Notes: generated by a model from the letters alone, not told the origin. Shown: positions 19,420 to 33,470, numbered from the stretch's first letter. The stretch is DNA of 64,000 bases from Chrysomallon squamiferum (GCA_012295275.1 CM022678.1:9858001-9922000); one strand, 5' to 3'. Numbers and translations: made by a program.

Positions 19420-22400
19420 AAAATAAAATAAAATAAAATAAGGAAAGAAAATAATTATGAAAAGCAGCTAAAAATATATAAATAGATGACATTTCTCTTC
19501 AATAGAATAGCTATTGAATCAGATCTGTTGTTTTACTAATTACTCATTTAAGTTTTTTATTATATTTAAAATAACTGAATTTAACTTTAAAAAATGCGAA
19601 AGTGTAAAAAATAATAATAATACAATAAACATATTAAAAACTGATCACACATAATCCTAATTTTCATTTAGAATTTAACAGTTTATAAATTCTTTAAAAA
19701 ATTATTCCAATATCTGTAGAAATTAATGGTGGTTTGAGACCATCATGTGGTTTCCTGTCACAGTACAAGATGCAGTCAGTTGCGGAAATGATTTCTTGTC
19801 AGATTAAATCAAGTTTGTTGTTACAATGATCAATGAACATTACAAATACATAAAATATATTCACTGTTTAACCGAATAAGTCAGGAAATCCTATTAAAGT
19901 ATAGATTTATTTACATATACGTATATTGTGTCTGTATTATAACCATTGTAAGAATATAAAATAAAATGTGTTTCCCCACTGTTTTTGTTAGTTATTTTTG
20001 ACAAATCTTTTAAATATGTTTTTTTCATTCATTTGAAAAACAAATTCTGTTATTTTGATTAATTATTAATGGAGCTCAGTGTGGAATGGGAAACAGTGTA
20101 ATGTTTCAGGGATAGAGTGACCTCTGGAATTATTCTGGATTCTTGTTTATTAGCAAACTATTAATCATGTATATGTATATTATAAATTTTAATAAACTCG
20201 TATACTTCTATGTTATATTTACAGATGACTGAACTTCCACTGCAGTCCATGTTGGCCACGATGTTGATCATGTCAGTTCACGTGACAGAATTCTCACATT
20301 GTCTCCATGTTGTCTGAGCAGAATGTTCTCTACAGACCAAAGGTTGAAACTGCTGTTTTTTATAGGTGTCAAAGATATAATTAAACTAATACTACAGAAG
20401 AAAAAAAGTAAAACAGAAAAGTTATTATTAACAAATATCTTATATACAACATTCTATGTTTTGGAAATAAAAAAATAATAATAATAAAAAAGATAAAAGG
20501 AAAGTGAACTCTTTATTATTAAAATCCAAGAAAAAAAGTATCCATGATAAATAAAATAAATTCCTTTTCTGTCCATCCAAAATCTTATTTTGTTTATTTA
20601 TGGTGAACAGTCTTGTTAATTACAATGTTTGTCAAGTTTACCACAAAACTGAAGAAATGTGTAGCTTGGCATTTTTGCTGATTATGAACTCTAAAAATTA
20701 TAAACTTCTGAATTTTTTACAAAATAACAGACAAGCAGATAATTTTCAAGAGATATCTTAATGATGATATAAGATGTAATATTTAAATTGTGTAAAATGT
20801 ATTTATTCTGACTAAATAATTTGTAATTTTAATGCTTTAAGTAACTTTTAAATAATAATTTGCTATTCTTTCCAATGATAAATGTTATATATTTTTTTAG
20901 TAAATCAATTTTATTTATTAGGGTTATCAGTGATAAGTTTTGTTTACTACTTTTACAGGATAAACAAGCCCTTGCTGACCAGAAAAGTTCTATCAGGCCA
21001 AGGATGACCACTTGACCAGGCTTGTAGTACAATTCAGTGAAGAACAATCATTTCTCCAGTTCTTGCTGTTAAAAAGAAATTTGTACAAACTCAGATGAGT
21101 TCAAGTGTTTTGAAATCAGATGCTGAGTATAATGGACAGGTAATTCAGTTTACAACTAGATTTTATAAACCGTAAAATATAAATCATTTAATGTCATATG
21201 AGAATATTTTAATATTATTATTATATATAATTTTCTTTTTTTAAATAATGATATCTGTAGATGCAAAGAAAAAGACAAACTGTGACATTGATATAGCAGT
21301 TGGGAGAAAAGGACTGTACTTTAGAAAATGTATGTTCAAAAATTAACACATAAAGATTATTGATCTTACTTGTCAATTTTTATAAAATATATTAATTTAT
21401 TTACTTAATTAAAAGTAAAATGGATGTTACTGCTTTAAGAAAGAAAATACATATTTTTTTTTAAAACATTAATCAAGTATCTGAGTTGATTTTTCAAACT
21501 TGTATTAAACACACATTTCCCCAGACAGTGAAAAATAGAGGTCCAACAAGAACTGTTTAAATAAATATAATTAAACTTTATTTTATTTCAGTTAAATTAA
21601 CTGTACTTATTATTGGTTGAAAACATTACTTCAGATTCAAATGATAAAATATAAAATTATAGTGGGTCTTGTTAAAATGTTTGAATGTAATATTTTATAT
21701 TTCAGACACCACAGAAAGCTATTTACAAGTATTGTTATCCACTGAATCTAAATGACTTGTCAAGTTTGCCTCCAAGTTCTTCAAGTTTTCTGACTGTACT
21801 GAACTAAGTAAACAGAAGATAAAACATCTCCACAGTAAATATAAAGAACTGAATAACTGAATAAAATAACATTTTAAAAACATTACTTGTGTGGATCATG
21901 GACTGTTCTTATTGAAGAAATTATAATATTGTGATACTGAATTTAGATTCAAAGTTACAATGTTGTTCATGAAAGATGTAATCAGATATATTCAGTATAC
22001 AGAATGTTTGAACCAGACACAGCACCAAGTACAGACAAGTCTGTGAAAAAAGAAGTTACTTTTTTTTTTTAAATGATTTAATGTCAGAAATCCTTGATTA
22101 CTGACTTAAAACAAAAGTACACACTTCATATTAAAAAATATTTGGTTTAAGGGAGATAATTTTTTTTAAATTTAATTTTATATTTTTAAATAATTTTTTT
22201 GAAAGAACAATGTACTTAATCATCTGCTCAAAACTTAAATACTAAGAGTTTTGGTAAAGATTTACCCTATAAAACTTTGTTAAAACATAAAATGGAATCA
22301 GTTGTGTAAACCTGTGTTTGCCATGTATTTGTTGTTTGGAAGATAAAATCAGAAACTGAAAATGTTCTTAATCACTAATTTGCAGGCTTCATTATATGTC

Positions 22401-22820
22401 AAGTTATTTATTAAGTTTTATAGTTTTTGTAAACAAATGTCTTGGTATTCTTTTTCTTTTCTATGTTGTATATTTTATTAATATATTTATATTGATCACT
22501 AGAAATCTTGGTATTTTTGTGTTTTATAACCTCTCAACTCTTTAAAACTTCATGAAATATTTAAAACAATTTTTAATTTGAAACTTTGAAACATTTTATA
22601 TCATGGTTTTCTAAATTTTTAATGAACAATTTTGGCAAAGTTTTTCTAAACTTTTATTTTTCATTTGAAAAAGTAGTTTTGATGTAAAACTTTGTTTTCT
22701 TATTGAAATAAGTATTTCAAATTATTCTGGTTTTTGTGTTTCATTTTATATGTATTGTTTTAGCAAGCTTTTATTAAATTAGAGGGTGAGGAATATTTTT
22801 ATTTATATAGTTTTGATACA
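19420..22820 (+). other. Unclassified long repeat with decayed exon-like segments (about 19720-19813, 20226-20342, 20959-21139, 21261-21329, 21706 onward)
   Basis: AG/GT-bounded segments with stops. The 5' part matches 1-460 (-) and the 3' part (21740-22820) matches 47400-46475 (-). Confidence 0.6.
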
Positions 22821-24391
22821 ATAACCCAAACTTAGTATATACTGAGCATTATAAATTCGTATACACTAATAATATCATTTTATACTTGTTAATAATTTTT
22901 TATTCAATACTTAAGATAATGTTTATTTAACACTGAAAATCAGTGAGTAAGAAATCAAAAATTGTTAAAAACACAAAAAAGATAACAAAACAAACCCTGG
23001 TTGGTACAGCTAACTTTATTTTCACTGTTGTCATAATTCATTTTTAACAACATTATGAAAAAATAATAATAATAAAAATCATGTTTGACAACTAATAACC
23101 ATGAAGTGTAATTAAATAGATATTTATTCATTCATTCATTCATTCATTCATTCACTCTGTATCTCCTTGTTAATTTACTGCCTCCACCTTCTTCATTCAC
23201 TTCTTTGTGTAAAAAACATAAAACATTGAAACAACAAATAAAACACAAAACAACACAACACAACAGAAATGTAGAAACACAACACAACAGAAATGATTAA
23301 TTGTTTACATATTTTAATAATTATAAATTACTGAAAACCATGCAGAATAAGTAATACAGTTTTTTAGGTAACGGTGATAATATTTTATTAATTAACAAGT
23401 TTTGTTTTAATTTTTAAAATCTATACAATGCTAGAAAAACATTTTAATTAAGTTCTTTCATTTTTTTTTTTTTTTTATTGGGATTTTCTGGGGGTTTTGA
23501 GTATACAGATTTATAATGATGAAGTAGAATTTAAGGAAATAGAAATAGAAAAGCAGAAAATACTTGACTTTTGTCAAAAGTTGATTCTGCATAACATGCT
23601 AAGTACATTTTAAGTAAATTAGATAAATATTATCTTGCAAAACAGACAAAAATTATTAGCTGTTTTAACAGTTTTGTGAGTTTTTTAGATTATTAATAAT
23701 AATCAATAAAATATTAAAAACAAGAAATAACAGTAAAAATTCTAATCTACAATCCACCTTTAATTTTCTGACTGGATTCTTTAAAACTGAGTGTTCCATT
23801 TGTTTTAAGACAACTCACTAATCTTGAAAAACAAGAAAATATCAGTAAAACCTGCCATTGAAGAAGAAACAAAATAAATAAGAAAATAAGAAAATATAGA
23901 AATAATTATTTAAAAATTTAAAAACAAAAGAAGAAAATAAAACAAGAAAAGCACACCTAAAATCAAACTGAAAAGAAGAACAAAATGGATATTTCAGAAG
24001 CATATCAGACAAAAAGAACAAGTTACATGATAAAAAAGTCTTTAAGCTATTACAAATTTAATTTTTTTTTTCACAGACTAAATTAAAATTAAAAAACAAA
24101 AAGAAATTAAAGATCTAAGAAAACAAAACAAAAAACAACAAATCAAACAACCAAAACAAAAAAAATGTGTAAAACCCATGAAAATAAATAAATAAATAAA
24201 TAAATACTAAACTGCAAATTATTAAAATATGTATTTAATTGCAAAGATAGGATTCAACAGCACATTTTTAATAAAATGAAGCAAACCTAAAATTTTATTT
24301 TACACTTAAATCACCATCCACTCAGATTTTTTATTTTTAAAATAAGAGCTCCAAAATTATTAAAAGTTAAAAGAAAAACACACACACAGTC

Positions 24392-24432
<41 letters not shown>

Positions 24433-24603
24433 TAATAATAAAAAATAATAGTATAAATTAATTATAACAGTTAAAAGGAAGAAACATTTTTAAATTTGCA
24501 ATGTAACAAACTAAGAAATGAAAATATAAAAATAAAATGACTGGCTGAGAAAGAAAAATAAAACACTAAATAAAATAATATGTGTATGTGTGTTTGTATA
24601 TTT

Positions 24604-24650
<47 letters not shown>

Positions 24651-25199
24651 GTAAATAGAGACACATTAGAAGTATAAATAATTACCATTGAATTATACAC
24701 ACAACTGCACACATTAAACTTTCAGAACCAGGACAAATAACAACAAACCCACCTATAAAAAAAAAAACATGGAAAACATAAAAACCACTAACTCAAATGA
24801 TTCTCAAATGATTCAAAATGAAAATTAGGATTTACAAAAACAGCAGGCAGAAAGGCCCAATTTGAATTTAAAAAATGAAAAAAGTTGACCAGAAGCAAAA
24901 GGTGATAAATAAGAAACCAACAAACACTGACTCAGACAAAACCCTGAATGGAAAATAATAACAACCCATGGAAAGTTTATTTTGGGATCAACACAAAACT
25001 CTTAAAGACTTTTTGTTCCACTGTAACCATCTGGGATCAACATTTTCTTACTGGGAATTACCTACACAATCCTGAAACTCTGTCTCAAAAAACAGTAAAA
25101 AAAAATCAACAACAACCTGAAAAAAAAATGAGTGAAAAAAAAAAAAATCCAAAAATTTTTTAAATATATCACAAAAATACATTACCAGGATAGAAATAA

Positions 25200-26800
25200 G
25201 AAATTAAAGAAAAAAAAATGTTTACAACAAGATTCATTCACAAACAAAGCCAAGCTAGTTAATGTCAGTATATGGAGGGAAAAGCAAGCTACTGGACCAC
25301 ACTTACCTTTAACAGAAAACCTGCCATGACAACAATTACAACTACCAACAAACAGAAATGAGGTCTCATTTACTTGTGTGGCCTCTGACAGAACTGGTGG
25401 CACACAACCAAATGTACACAGTGATACAGCTCAAGTCATTAGCATGCAGCTACTGCAGTGTCCATCACATAGAAACCCCAGCCAGTCCTGATACCTCGCA
25501 AAACATGCAAACTTTCAGCAACTACATGAAGAAAATTATAAACAGAGCCCCAAAAAATAAATAATTTCAACAAAAGAACCTCCATTAACACAAAACATAT
25601 CTCTCACATGATAAACACCTAACACAGGGCTTTCCATTCTTGTTTGTCTTAATGATGTTACATTCACCTTCACCAGTGTGTCCAGTTCACCACTGATTTA
25701 ACACTAACAGCAAACACACTGCAGCACTGAGTCAATGGGAAGTTCTAAATGAGCTGAATTGTGACCACCTCCCAATTTCAATAGCAAGAAAACCTTCTCC
25801 AACAACTCAATATTTACATCAAAATGAAATTTCACCAAAGCAGACTGGGAAGGATTCTGCAAACATGGAAACATCTTAAACTAAAAAACACAAATGAAAC
25901 AGACACACATTGCACTTCACATTTACAACTCAGCTGTCACTGAACACAAAACTAAAACCAAAAACTGCACTGACAAAATATCCACTGCATGGAGGACCGA
26001 GCTTATTGGAAATCAATAAATACAGAAGACAGCATATAAAAACCCAATTTAAAAAAAAATAAATCAATCTACACTTGAAAAATACAAAATAGTCAAAAAC
26101 ATTAGTAATAATACATGGTATTTTTAATGTAACTTGGTAAACAGGAAAGATAACAACAGTCTGGAAACTTGCATAAACCTTACAAATACCATTCACTACC
26201 AGTCAACAACAGACCAGTTACACTAACATCACACATGTAAAACCCTTGACACACTGGTAAAACACACACCTGAACAAAAATTTAATCAACAACAATTTAA
26301 CAAGTAAACAACATAACACTACAACAGTTTACTAAATTCTATTCAATAAATAAAATAAAAAGTAATTACATAGATGTCTGGTGTGCAGGCAGATCTCTAA
26401 ACAACCAAACACAAACAAACATAAACAACTTGAATGACTGACTTTAAACTGAAAGACAAAGATTTAACTTAGACAGCATGTCTCCTTTCTAATAAAGTAA
26501 AAGAAAAAAAGAAAGAAAGATAACAGCAAAATAACACTAACAAATAGATAACCATTTATTAACAAAGAAAATCATTCCAATTTTTGGTAGTCACATTTGA
26601 CACCCAGCTTCGGATGCCACATCCTGAAGATAATTACATCTTGTAAAAACTTTTACCAAACATCACACTGCCTGACAGTCTCGTGTTAGAATAAAACATA
26701 CAAACATTAAAATACAGACAAAAACCTACACACACTAAAATACTGTGTTAAAATCCACTCTCAGTAACAAACATCTCATGAAGGATCTAGGCCCTGATCA
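25200..26800 (+). mobile_element. Highly decayed LINE (APE endonuclease + RT), I/Jockey-group-like
   Basis: Fragments CLNDVTFT, ELNCDHLPISI (APE end), NFTKADWEGF, WKLA..RPVTLTSHM and VTFDTQL occur in the expected order. Confidence 0.7.
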
Positions 26801-27472
26801 ACCCTTTAAAACTCATCTTTCACTACAATCTAGTTTTTAAACAACAGTCAGCCATCTTAAAATGGAGACTGGAGTGTGAATGTTGCAACCAGCAAATAGT
26901 AAACAAATAAAATAAAAATTAGTTACACCTATTATCATCAAAACCCAAAATTTTCAAACTACAAAAAACCAAAAACCGACTTAATCAAAATCCACAATCT
27001 AAAAATCAATTTCAAACACAAAATCATTTTAGTAACAAACTAATAACAACAACATTATCAAACTCAGAACCAGCTAGTCCACCAATCTAAACACAATCAA
27101 ATTCAAACACATAATAAACACAACACCAAACTTTAGCTGTGGAATTTCTGAAACCATGAAACATTACTTATTTCTCTGTCCACATTTTTCCAGTGACCAC
27201 CTAATGCTACATAACATTTTCTATGAATTAAAACTGAATTTACACTTAAAAACATCTTGATAGCAACAGTTTAAAAAAAACTGAGAGCCAAACTTTAATT
27301 CAAACAAATGTTTGACTAAATATTTTAAATAAATTCAAAACATAAAATAGCACAGAAACATAGGTTAAAAAAAAAAAAAAAATAGCATACACAGTAACAA
27401 ACAACAAAAAAAGCAAATACACAATACAAAATAATTATATAAATTAATTAATTAAGAGATTAACTGACTCAC

Positions 27473-28260
27473 CAGCTGATAGATTTCTAACACAGAACTT
27501 CAGAACATATTTTAAAAGTTCCACATTTTCTTGACACAAGGAAGTAAACTGGTTCTGGCTGGAGTGGGCTGTTTGGAATGTGAACTTTTTGTACTGACAA
27601 GTCAAACTGAAGAAGACAATTAGCTTTTTCTTAAAAATGAAAATGAAAACAAAATTTAAAATAACAAACAAAAACATACTGCAATATAAAATCAATTAAT
27701 CTAAGAATTAATATAATATCCTTAAAATTATTTATTAAAATTGCAGATTATTCAAATGAATTCTTACCCTGTGCAATAGCAGTCTGTTGATACTCCCCCC
27801 AAAGTGAAGATTTAGTCTCACATGCAGAAAGATTTTCAAATTACTCCCTTTGAATCCTGTGACTGACTCAGACAAAATTAGTCATAATCTTGAGGAAAAT
27901 GCTTCAGAAATTGAACTATCCTTTCTCTGTCTTCACATGTAAGGCTTGTGAATTACTTTTCTTCTGCCAGATTTCTTTTCTCTCTCAGAGTTACCCCATT
28001 CAGTCTGCAGTGCTGTGAGTTTGTTCTGACTAATGCTGTAAAAAAGCAATAAAAGATATAAGCAGACATCAGTAACCCCCCACACACACACACACACATT
28101 CAAATGTCCTCTATAAAAATGAAGGAGAAATTACAAATTAACTGCTGCTTAAATAGGAAAAAATACTAATGAAAAAACCCATACAAATTCTCTCTGCTTC
28201 ACTGGAGTGCTTTGAAGAACTCCCAGAAGTATCATATCTTTTTCAGCAGCAAAACAAAAA
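27473..28260 (-). mobile_element. Intron-containing Sola1-like DDD transposase remnant; exons about 28255-28170, 28035-27768, 27606-27473
   Basis: Minus-strand translation: EKDMILLGVLQS; LTCEDRERIVQFLKHFPQDY/LILSESVTGFKGSNLKIF/CETKSSLWGEYQQ; FDLSVQKVHIPNSPLQPEPVYFLVSRKCGTFKICSE. These resemble the LPGRVPG and FDYAQQVHxPxxPLQPGPxYFLxPRKCGxFGVCCE motifs as recalled, not searched. Canonical cag/gtaag and cag/gtgag borders. Confidence 0.72.
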
Positions 28261-29057
28261 CAAAAAATCTGAATTCTTATAATACTTATACAATGGTTAA
28301 TTATTTTAAATAACTGTCCTAATTCAGATGATAACATTTTTTTTTTTTTTACAAAAATCATTTTAATGAGTCTTGTTTATCCAGATAAAATATATTACAA
28401 TTGATTTAACACTTAAAATATTCTGATTTCCAAATATAATTCTACAACTGTCTCTAACATGAATAAATAATATTAATCTAGAAGAACTTACTTTTTCTAT
28501 AAGTTATAAAACAAGAGCCATTATTAATAATTTTATAGCAAATATTTATTTCACATGAAAGGTTTGTTCGTAGTTCGATAAATTGAAAGTGTCGGCTTAC
28601 CTTAATTTGTCAACATCTAAAATGAAATACAAAAATTCTTTATTAATTAAAATAGCCACAAAAATTTAGTCCTAGTTATACAAATCAGCTGGTAAGACAG
28701 TTTCAAACAAACCTTGACAAAAATGGAATAATAATAATAATTTATAGTATTACATAATTGGAATTTTTTATAGTAATAGGCTTGGATTTTTCAAAAGAAA
28801 AAAAAATTAAAGGAAAGCAACGTGAAATGACAGTGAGTAAAGTTTAGCGTGTGACAAAAATAAGAAAATCAATGACTTTCCTCTATAAAATATGCAGCCG
28901 TTCAACTTTTCTTTTTAGTATTTTTTCTTTATTTCTTTCTTTATTTTATTATTTTATTTTATTTTTATTTATTTTTTATTCCGGGTAAGTAATCCTACCG
29001 GAAGTGAAAACGAAAAACAACTGGAAATGCAATGTTATAGAGTTATCTTCCATGATA

Positions 29058-29235
29058 ATTTGTTCCGTTAACCAACCGATAATTTGTTACGTAACGCTCT
29101 AAAAGTTCGCTAAATTTGTTTGTTGGCTTCACTTTAGCCAATTAAAGGAGGAATTGAAAAGGAAAAACAACAGCAAACAATTAGTTACAGTGTTAGCCTA
29201 TGATACTTTGTTCCGTTAACCAACCGATAATCCTT
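29058..29235 (+). repeat. 24-bp direct repeat tttgttccgttaaccaaccgataat x2; possible subterminal repeats of the Sola-like element
   Basis: Copies at about 29059 and 29207. Confidence 0.6.
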
Positions 29236-29385
29236 TAACGTAGTGTTTATAAATAGATGTTGGCAAATAAGACAAGCCGATACGTCCAACTTATAGAACT
29301 ATGGGCAATCGTTTTATGTGAAATAAATATCTGAGATACAATTATTATAAAAGTATTGTCTTGTGTTATAACTTATAGAAAAAAC

Positions 29386-29502
29386 AGGTGACCCAAATAA
29401 TATTTTTTGGGGCGACTAACCATAATATTTCTAAAATCCCAGTCGCCTAAACGGAACTTTGGTCACATTTGGTGACCTGGCAACTGGCCATTTCGAGTCC
29501 TG
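29386..29502 (-). mobile_element. Probable hAT-type MITE end
   Basis: The minus strand starts CAGGACTCGAAATGGCCAG, followed by repeated GGCGAC/GGTGAC motifs; no intact partner end was found. Confidence 0.4.
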
Positions 29503-29575
29503 CATAATTATCTCTCATATTAAGAAATCTGTTTGTAATATAAATTGTTATTTTAATACTGTTTAAATATTTCAG

Positions 29576-29790
29576 TCAGATGATGTGACTAATTGCTTCT
29601 CAGAAAAATGTCCTCAGCTATTGGATTCAAAAGATATAGTGACTACTGAACTACCGCATGTAAAGTCTACTGTAACATTGTCTGATGATCTTCCAGACGA
29701 CACAGAACGTAGACCACACTGTCATAGCCGCAAAACAGCATTAAATCCTCCTAAACATCTCCCCGATAAGGAGAACCAGTTTTGTAAACC
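29576..29790 (+). CDS. Isolated open internal exon of an unidentified gene (low-complexity, disordered-looking peptide)
   Basis: tttcag acceptor, 215 nt open (SDDVTNCFSEKCPQLL...HLPDKENQFCKP), and a perfect gtaagt donor at 29791. Confidence 0.5.
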
Positions 29791-30703
29791 GTAAGTGAGA
29801 ATGTTGATCCAGTGATCACTTCTCCCCTTCCATTTAATTGTGGTCCTTGTACTGAGCCAGAGCGGGATGTGAATATGACAGCTGATGCAGAAGAGATAAT
29901 ATATATTTGTCTGTGTTTGTGTGTTATTATCTTTGGAAACAATAAATGTTGTGAGCTGATATTATTCTATTGTAGAAATAATATTTAAGCGCATTTTAGC
30001 TATTTTCTCACAATAGTCTTAGAATGATAGAAGACACTCAGAACAGCTCTAATGAAACTAAGAATAGCGTCAGACATATATAGGAAGCTTCCATTTTTCA
30101 GAAAATAAAAACAAAATAAAAAATAAAAATATTAGGGTGTTGTTCTAGTTGTTAGCTGTTGACAACGGGGTGACTTTAACGACTACGGTGTCTGCTTCAT
30201 TGTTATACAGATTAATACTGGTGGAGCGGTTATATTAATATCTAATGTAATAAGAGAACTTCAGGTTTAATAAGAAATGTAAAGTGTATTACACTATAGA
30301 ACTTGCCCTGATGTACACCCTTTTAATGAATGTAATGTTAAATAGATTATTATAGATTATTACAGATTATAATCTGATATAAATATACGATATTAATAAA
30401 ATATGAGATAAACATTTCTCAACATACTTAACCTACAAACTGTAAATATCACTGATCATAATTAATTCTCATCATTTTCCTTTTATAAGTAATTAAGCGG
30501 CTTATTTTCATAACGCCATGTAGAATTATCATTTGTAACTGTCAGTAATGTCTAATAGATTAACTGTGGTTATCACTATTTTCTGTAGTATAATATTTAA
30601 GTTCCACGTACAGTAAAATTACACCTTTCTATTATACGATTTAGAATGAGTAAAGTAAAATATCATGTTACGTTTAATAAAACGGACACTTCATAGCGGT
30701 ATC

Positions 30704-31018
30704 TCAAGTTCGTTGCACAATGTTCTGCTGTGTTTGTGTTTCAGTGAAACATGTTCTGCTGTGTTTGTGTTTCAGTGAAACAGGTTCTGGCAAGTTATAA
30801 CCTAATTCCTCATGACGCTGAAAATGTAGATCAGAAATCTCCTCATAAACATGATCATCAACATTTGAGTGAAGATTCTGATTCTCCTCCATAAACCTGA
30901 ACTCTCTGACTTGCATTCTGGAACAAGTTTCAGCCACTTTCTCTTTTCTTTCAACACAGAAACATGCTGATGTTTAGTGATGATATATGAGTGACTCTCT
31001 CAATATCTGACTAAATTT
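30704..31018 (-). pseudogene. Exon-like segment encoding a receptor cytoplasmic-tail-like peptide (DDHVYEEISD)
   Basis: ttttag acceptor at 31019 is in frame with the ORF but one TAA intervenes; an internal direct repeat of about 31 bp (30721-30782) lies near the end. Confidence 0.4.
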
Positions 31019-31132
31019 CTAAAAAAAAATAGAATTAAAATGAAATAAAATAAATAAATAAAAATACAAAAAATATAAAAAATAAATATTTTTTTTACAA
31101 ATAAAATAATAAAAATAATAATAACAATAACA

Positions 31133-31189
<57 letters not shown>

Positions 31190-31403
31190 GTAATAGTAAA
31201 AATAATAGTAATACTCATACTAATACTAATACTAATAATAACAACAACAACAACAACAACAGTATTAATAGTAATTTAAAAAAAGAACAGTGTTTTATGC
31301 AACTAATATTTACTATTATTCAGGTTAACAAACATTTTTGAGTTGTCTGTAAAAAGTGAATTATTTTGTACTATGTTGATATTATACACATTATTTATAT
31401 TAT

Positions 31404-32246
31404 ACAGACATACAGATAGGTGGAGTAATAGACATACAGATAGGTGGATTAATAGACATACAGATAGGTGGATTAATAGACAGACAGATAGGTGGATTAA
31501 TAGACATACAGATAGGTGGATTAATAGACATACAGATAGGTGGATTAATAGACATACAGACAGGTGGATTAATATACATTCAGATAGGTGGATTGAGAGT
31601 CATACAGACAGACGGGTGGATTAATAGACATACAGATAGGTGGATTAATAGACATACAGATAGGTGGATTAATAGACATACAGATAGGTGGATTAGTAGA
31701 CATACAGACAGATAAGTGGATTAATAGACATACAGATAGGTGGATTAATAGACATACAGATAGGTGGATTAATAGACAGACAGATAGGTGGGTTAATAGA
31801 CATACAGATAGGTGGATTAATAGACATACAGATAGGTGGATTAGTAGACATACAGATAGGTGGATTAATAGACATACAGATAGGTGGATTACTAGACATA
31901 CAGACAGATAGGTGGATTAATAGACATACAGATAGGTGGATTAATAGACATACAGATAGGTGGATTAATAGACATACAGATAGGTGGATTAATAGACATA
32001 CAGATAGGTGGATTAATACACAGACAGATAGGTGGATTAATAGACATACAGATAGGTGGATTAATATACAGACAGATATGTGGATTAATAGACATACAGA
32101 TAGGTGGATTAGTAGACATACAGTTAGGTGGATTAATATACAGACAGATATGTGGATTAATAGACATACAGATAGGTGGATTAGTAGACATACAGTTAGG
32201 TGGATTAATAGACATACAGATATGTGGATTAACATACAGACAGATC
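31404..32246 (+). repeat. 24-bp minisatellite, about 35 copies
   Basis: Unit agacatacagataggtggattaat. Confidence 0.97.
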
Positions 32247-32254
32247 AAGAAACC

Positions 32255-32307
<53 letters not shown>

Positions 32308-32347
32308 GCCACAAACTGTAAAAGAAGTAATACATTTCCTTTTTTTT

Positions 32348-32382
<35 letters not shown>

Positions 32383-32532
32383 CCTCACACAAATGGCGGT
32401 TTCACAAAAGCGGAAGGTTTTAACAGTTAAATAGAGCTATGCTCAGAAATTTATAAAACAGTTTTATAACCAGAACGGTCAGAATTTAATTTTATTTATT
32501 TATCTATTATTATTATTATTATTTTATTATTA

Positions 32533-32598
<66 letters not shown>

Positions 32599-32984
32599 GA
32601 TGATATTTTTCATATATATTATTTTAGTTATTTTGAATTTACAAACTAGGTAATAGAAGGACATCAAGCGACATATTGGATGTTAATGATTCGGTGTGTT
32701 TCATTAGACCGACCAGAAAAATTGTAATTTTCTTCCAACATTTCATGACGACAATCACATACACTAAAATAAATAAAATAAAATAAATAAATAAAATAAG
32801 AAAATTACATTTCAGATTAAAACAGTTTGAAACAGAAATTTCACATTACGGGTGTTTTATTTTTATTTATTTATGTATTTATTTATTTATTTATTTATTT
32901 ATTTAGTTATTTAGTTATTTATTTATGTGTGCGCGCGAATGTACCGGTGCCTGTGATTTATTAAAAACTGGTATAATACACTCA

Positions 32985-33470
32985 CTATACATACACACAC
33001 ACACACATACAGACATACACAAATACATTCATAACCACACAAACAAGCACGGACACATGCACGTAGACATACACAAATACATACACACATAATACACAAG
33101 TACGCACATAATACAAACACACAAATAATACATACAGATATACACAAATACATACACAGTTAATACAAACACACATAGACATACATACAGACATACACAA
33201 ATACATACACATATAATACAAACACACTGAAGATATACAGACATACAGACATACACAAATACATACACAAATAATACACAAATACATACACAAATACGTA
33301 CACACATAATACACAAATACGCACATAATACAAACACACTGAAGATATACACACATATAGACATACACAAATACATACACACATAATACACAAATACACA
33401 CATAATACAAACACACAGAAGATACCCATACATACATAATACAAACACACATACACATACATACAAAGCT
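32985..33470. repeat. Complex CA-rich simple repeat
   Basis: Built from catacacaaata / cacataatacaaacacactgaagata subunits. Confidence 0.9.

Noticed and set aside
21745-21860. In-frame TGA shared by two repeat copies (SK*LV, also at about 47385) as selenocysteine or readthrough
   Set aside because: Downstream differences are mostly non-synonymous and no SECIS was recognised; a real stop or an ancestral CGA-to-TGA change is simpler.
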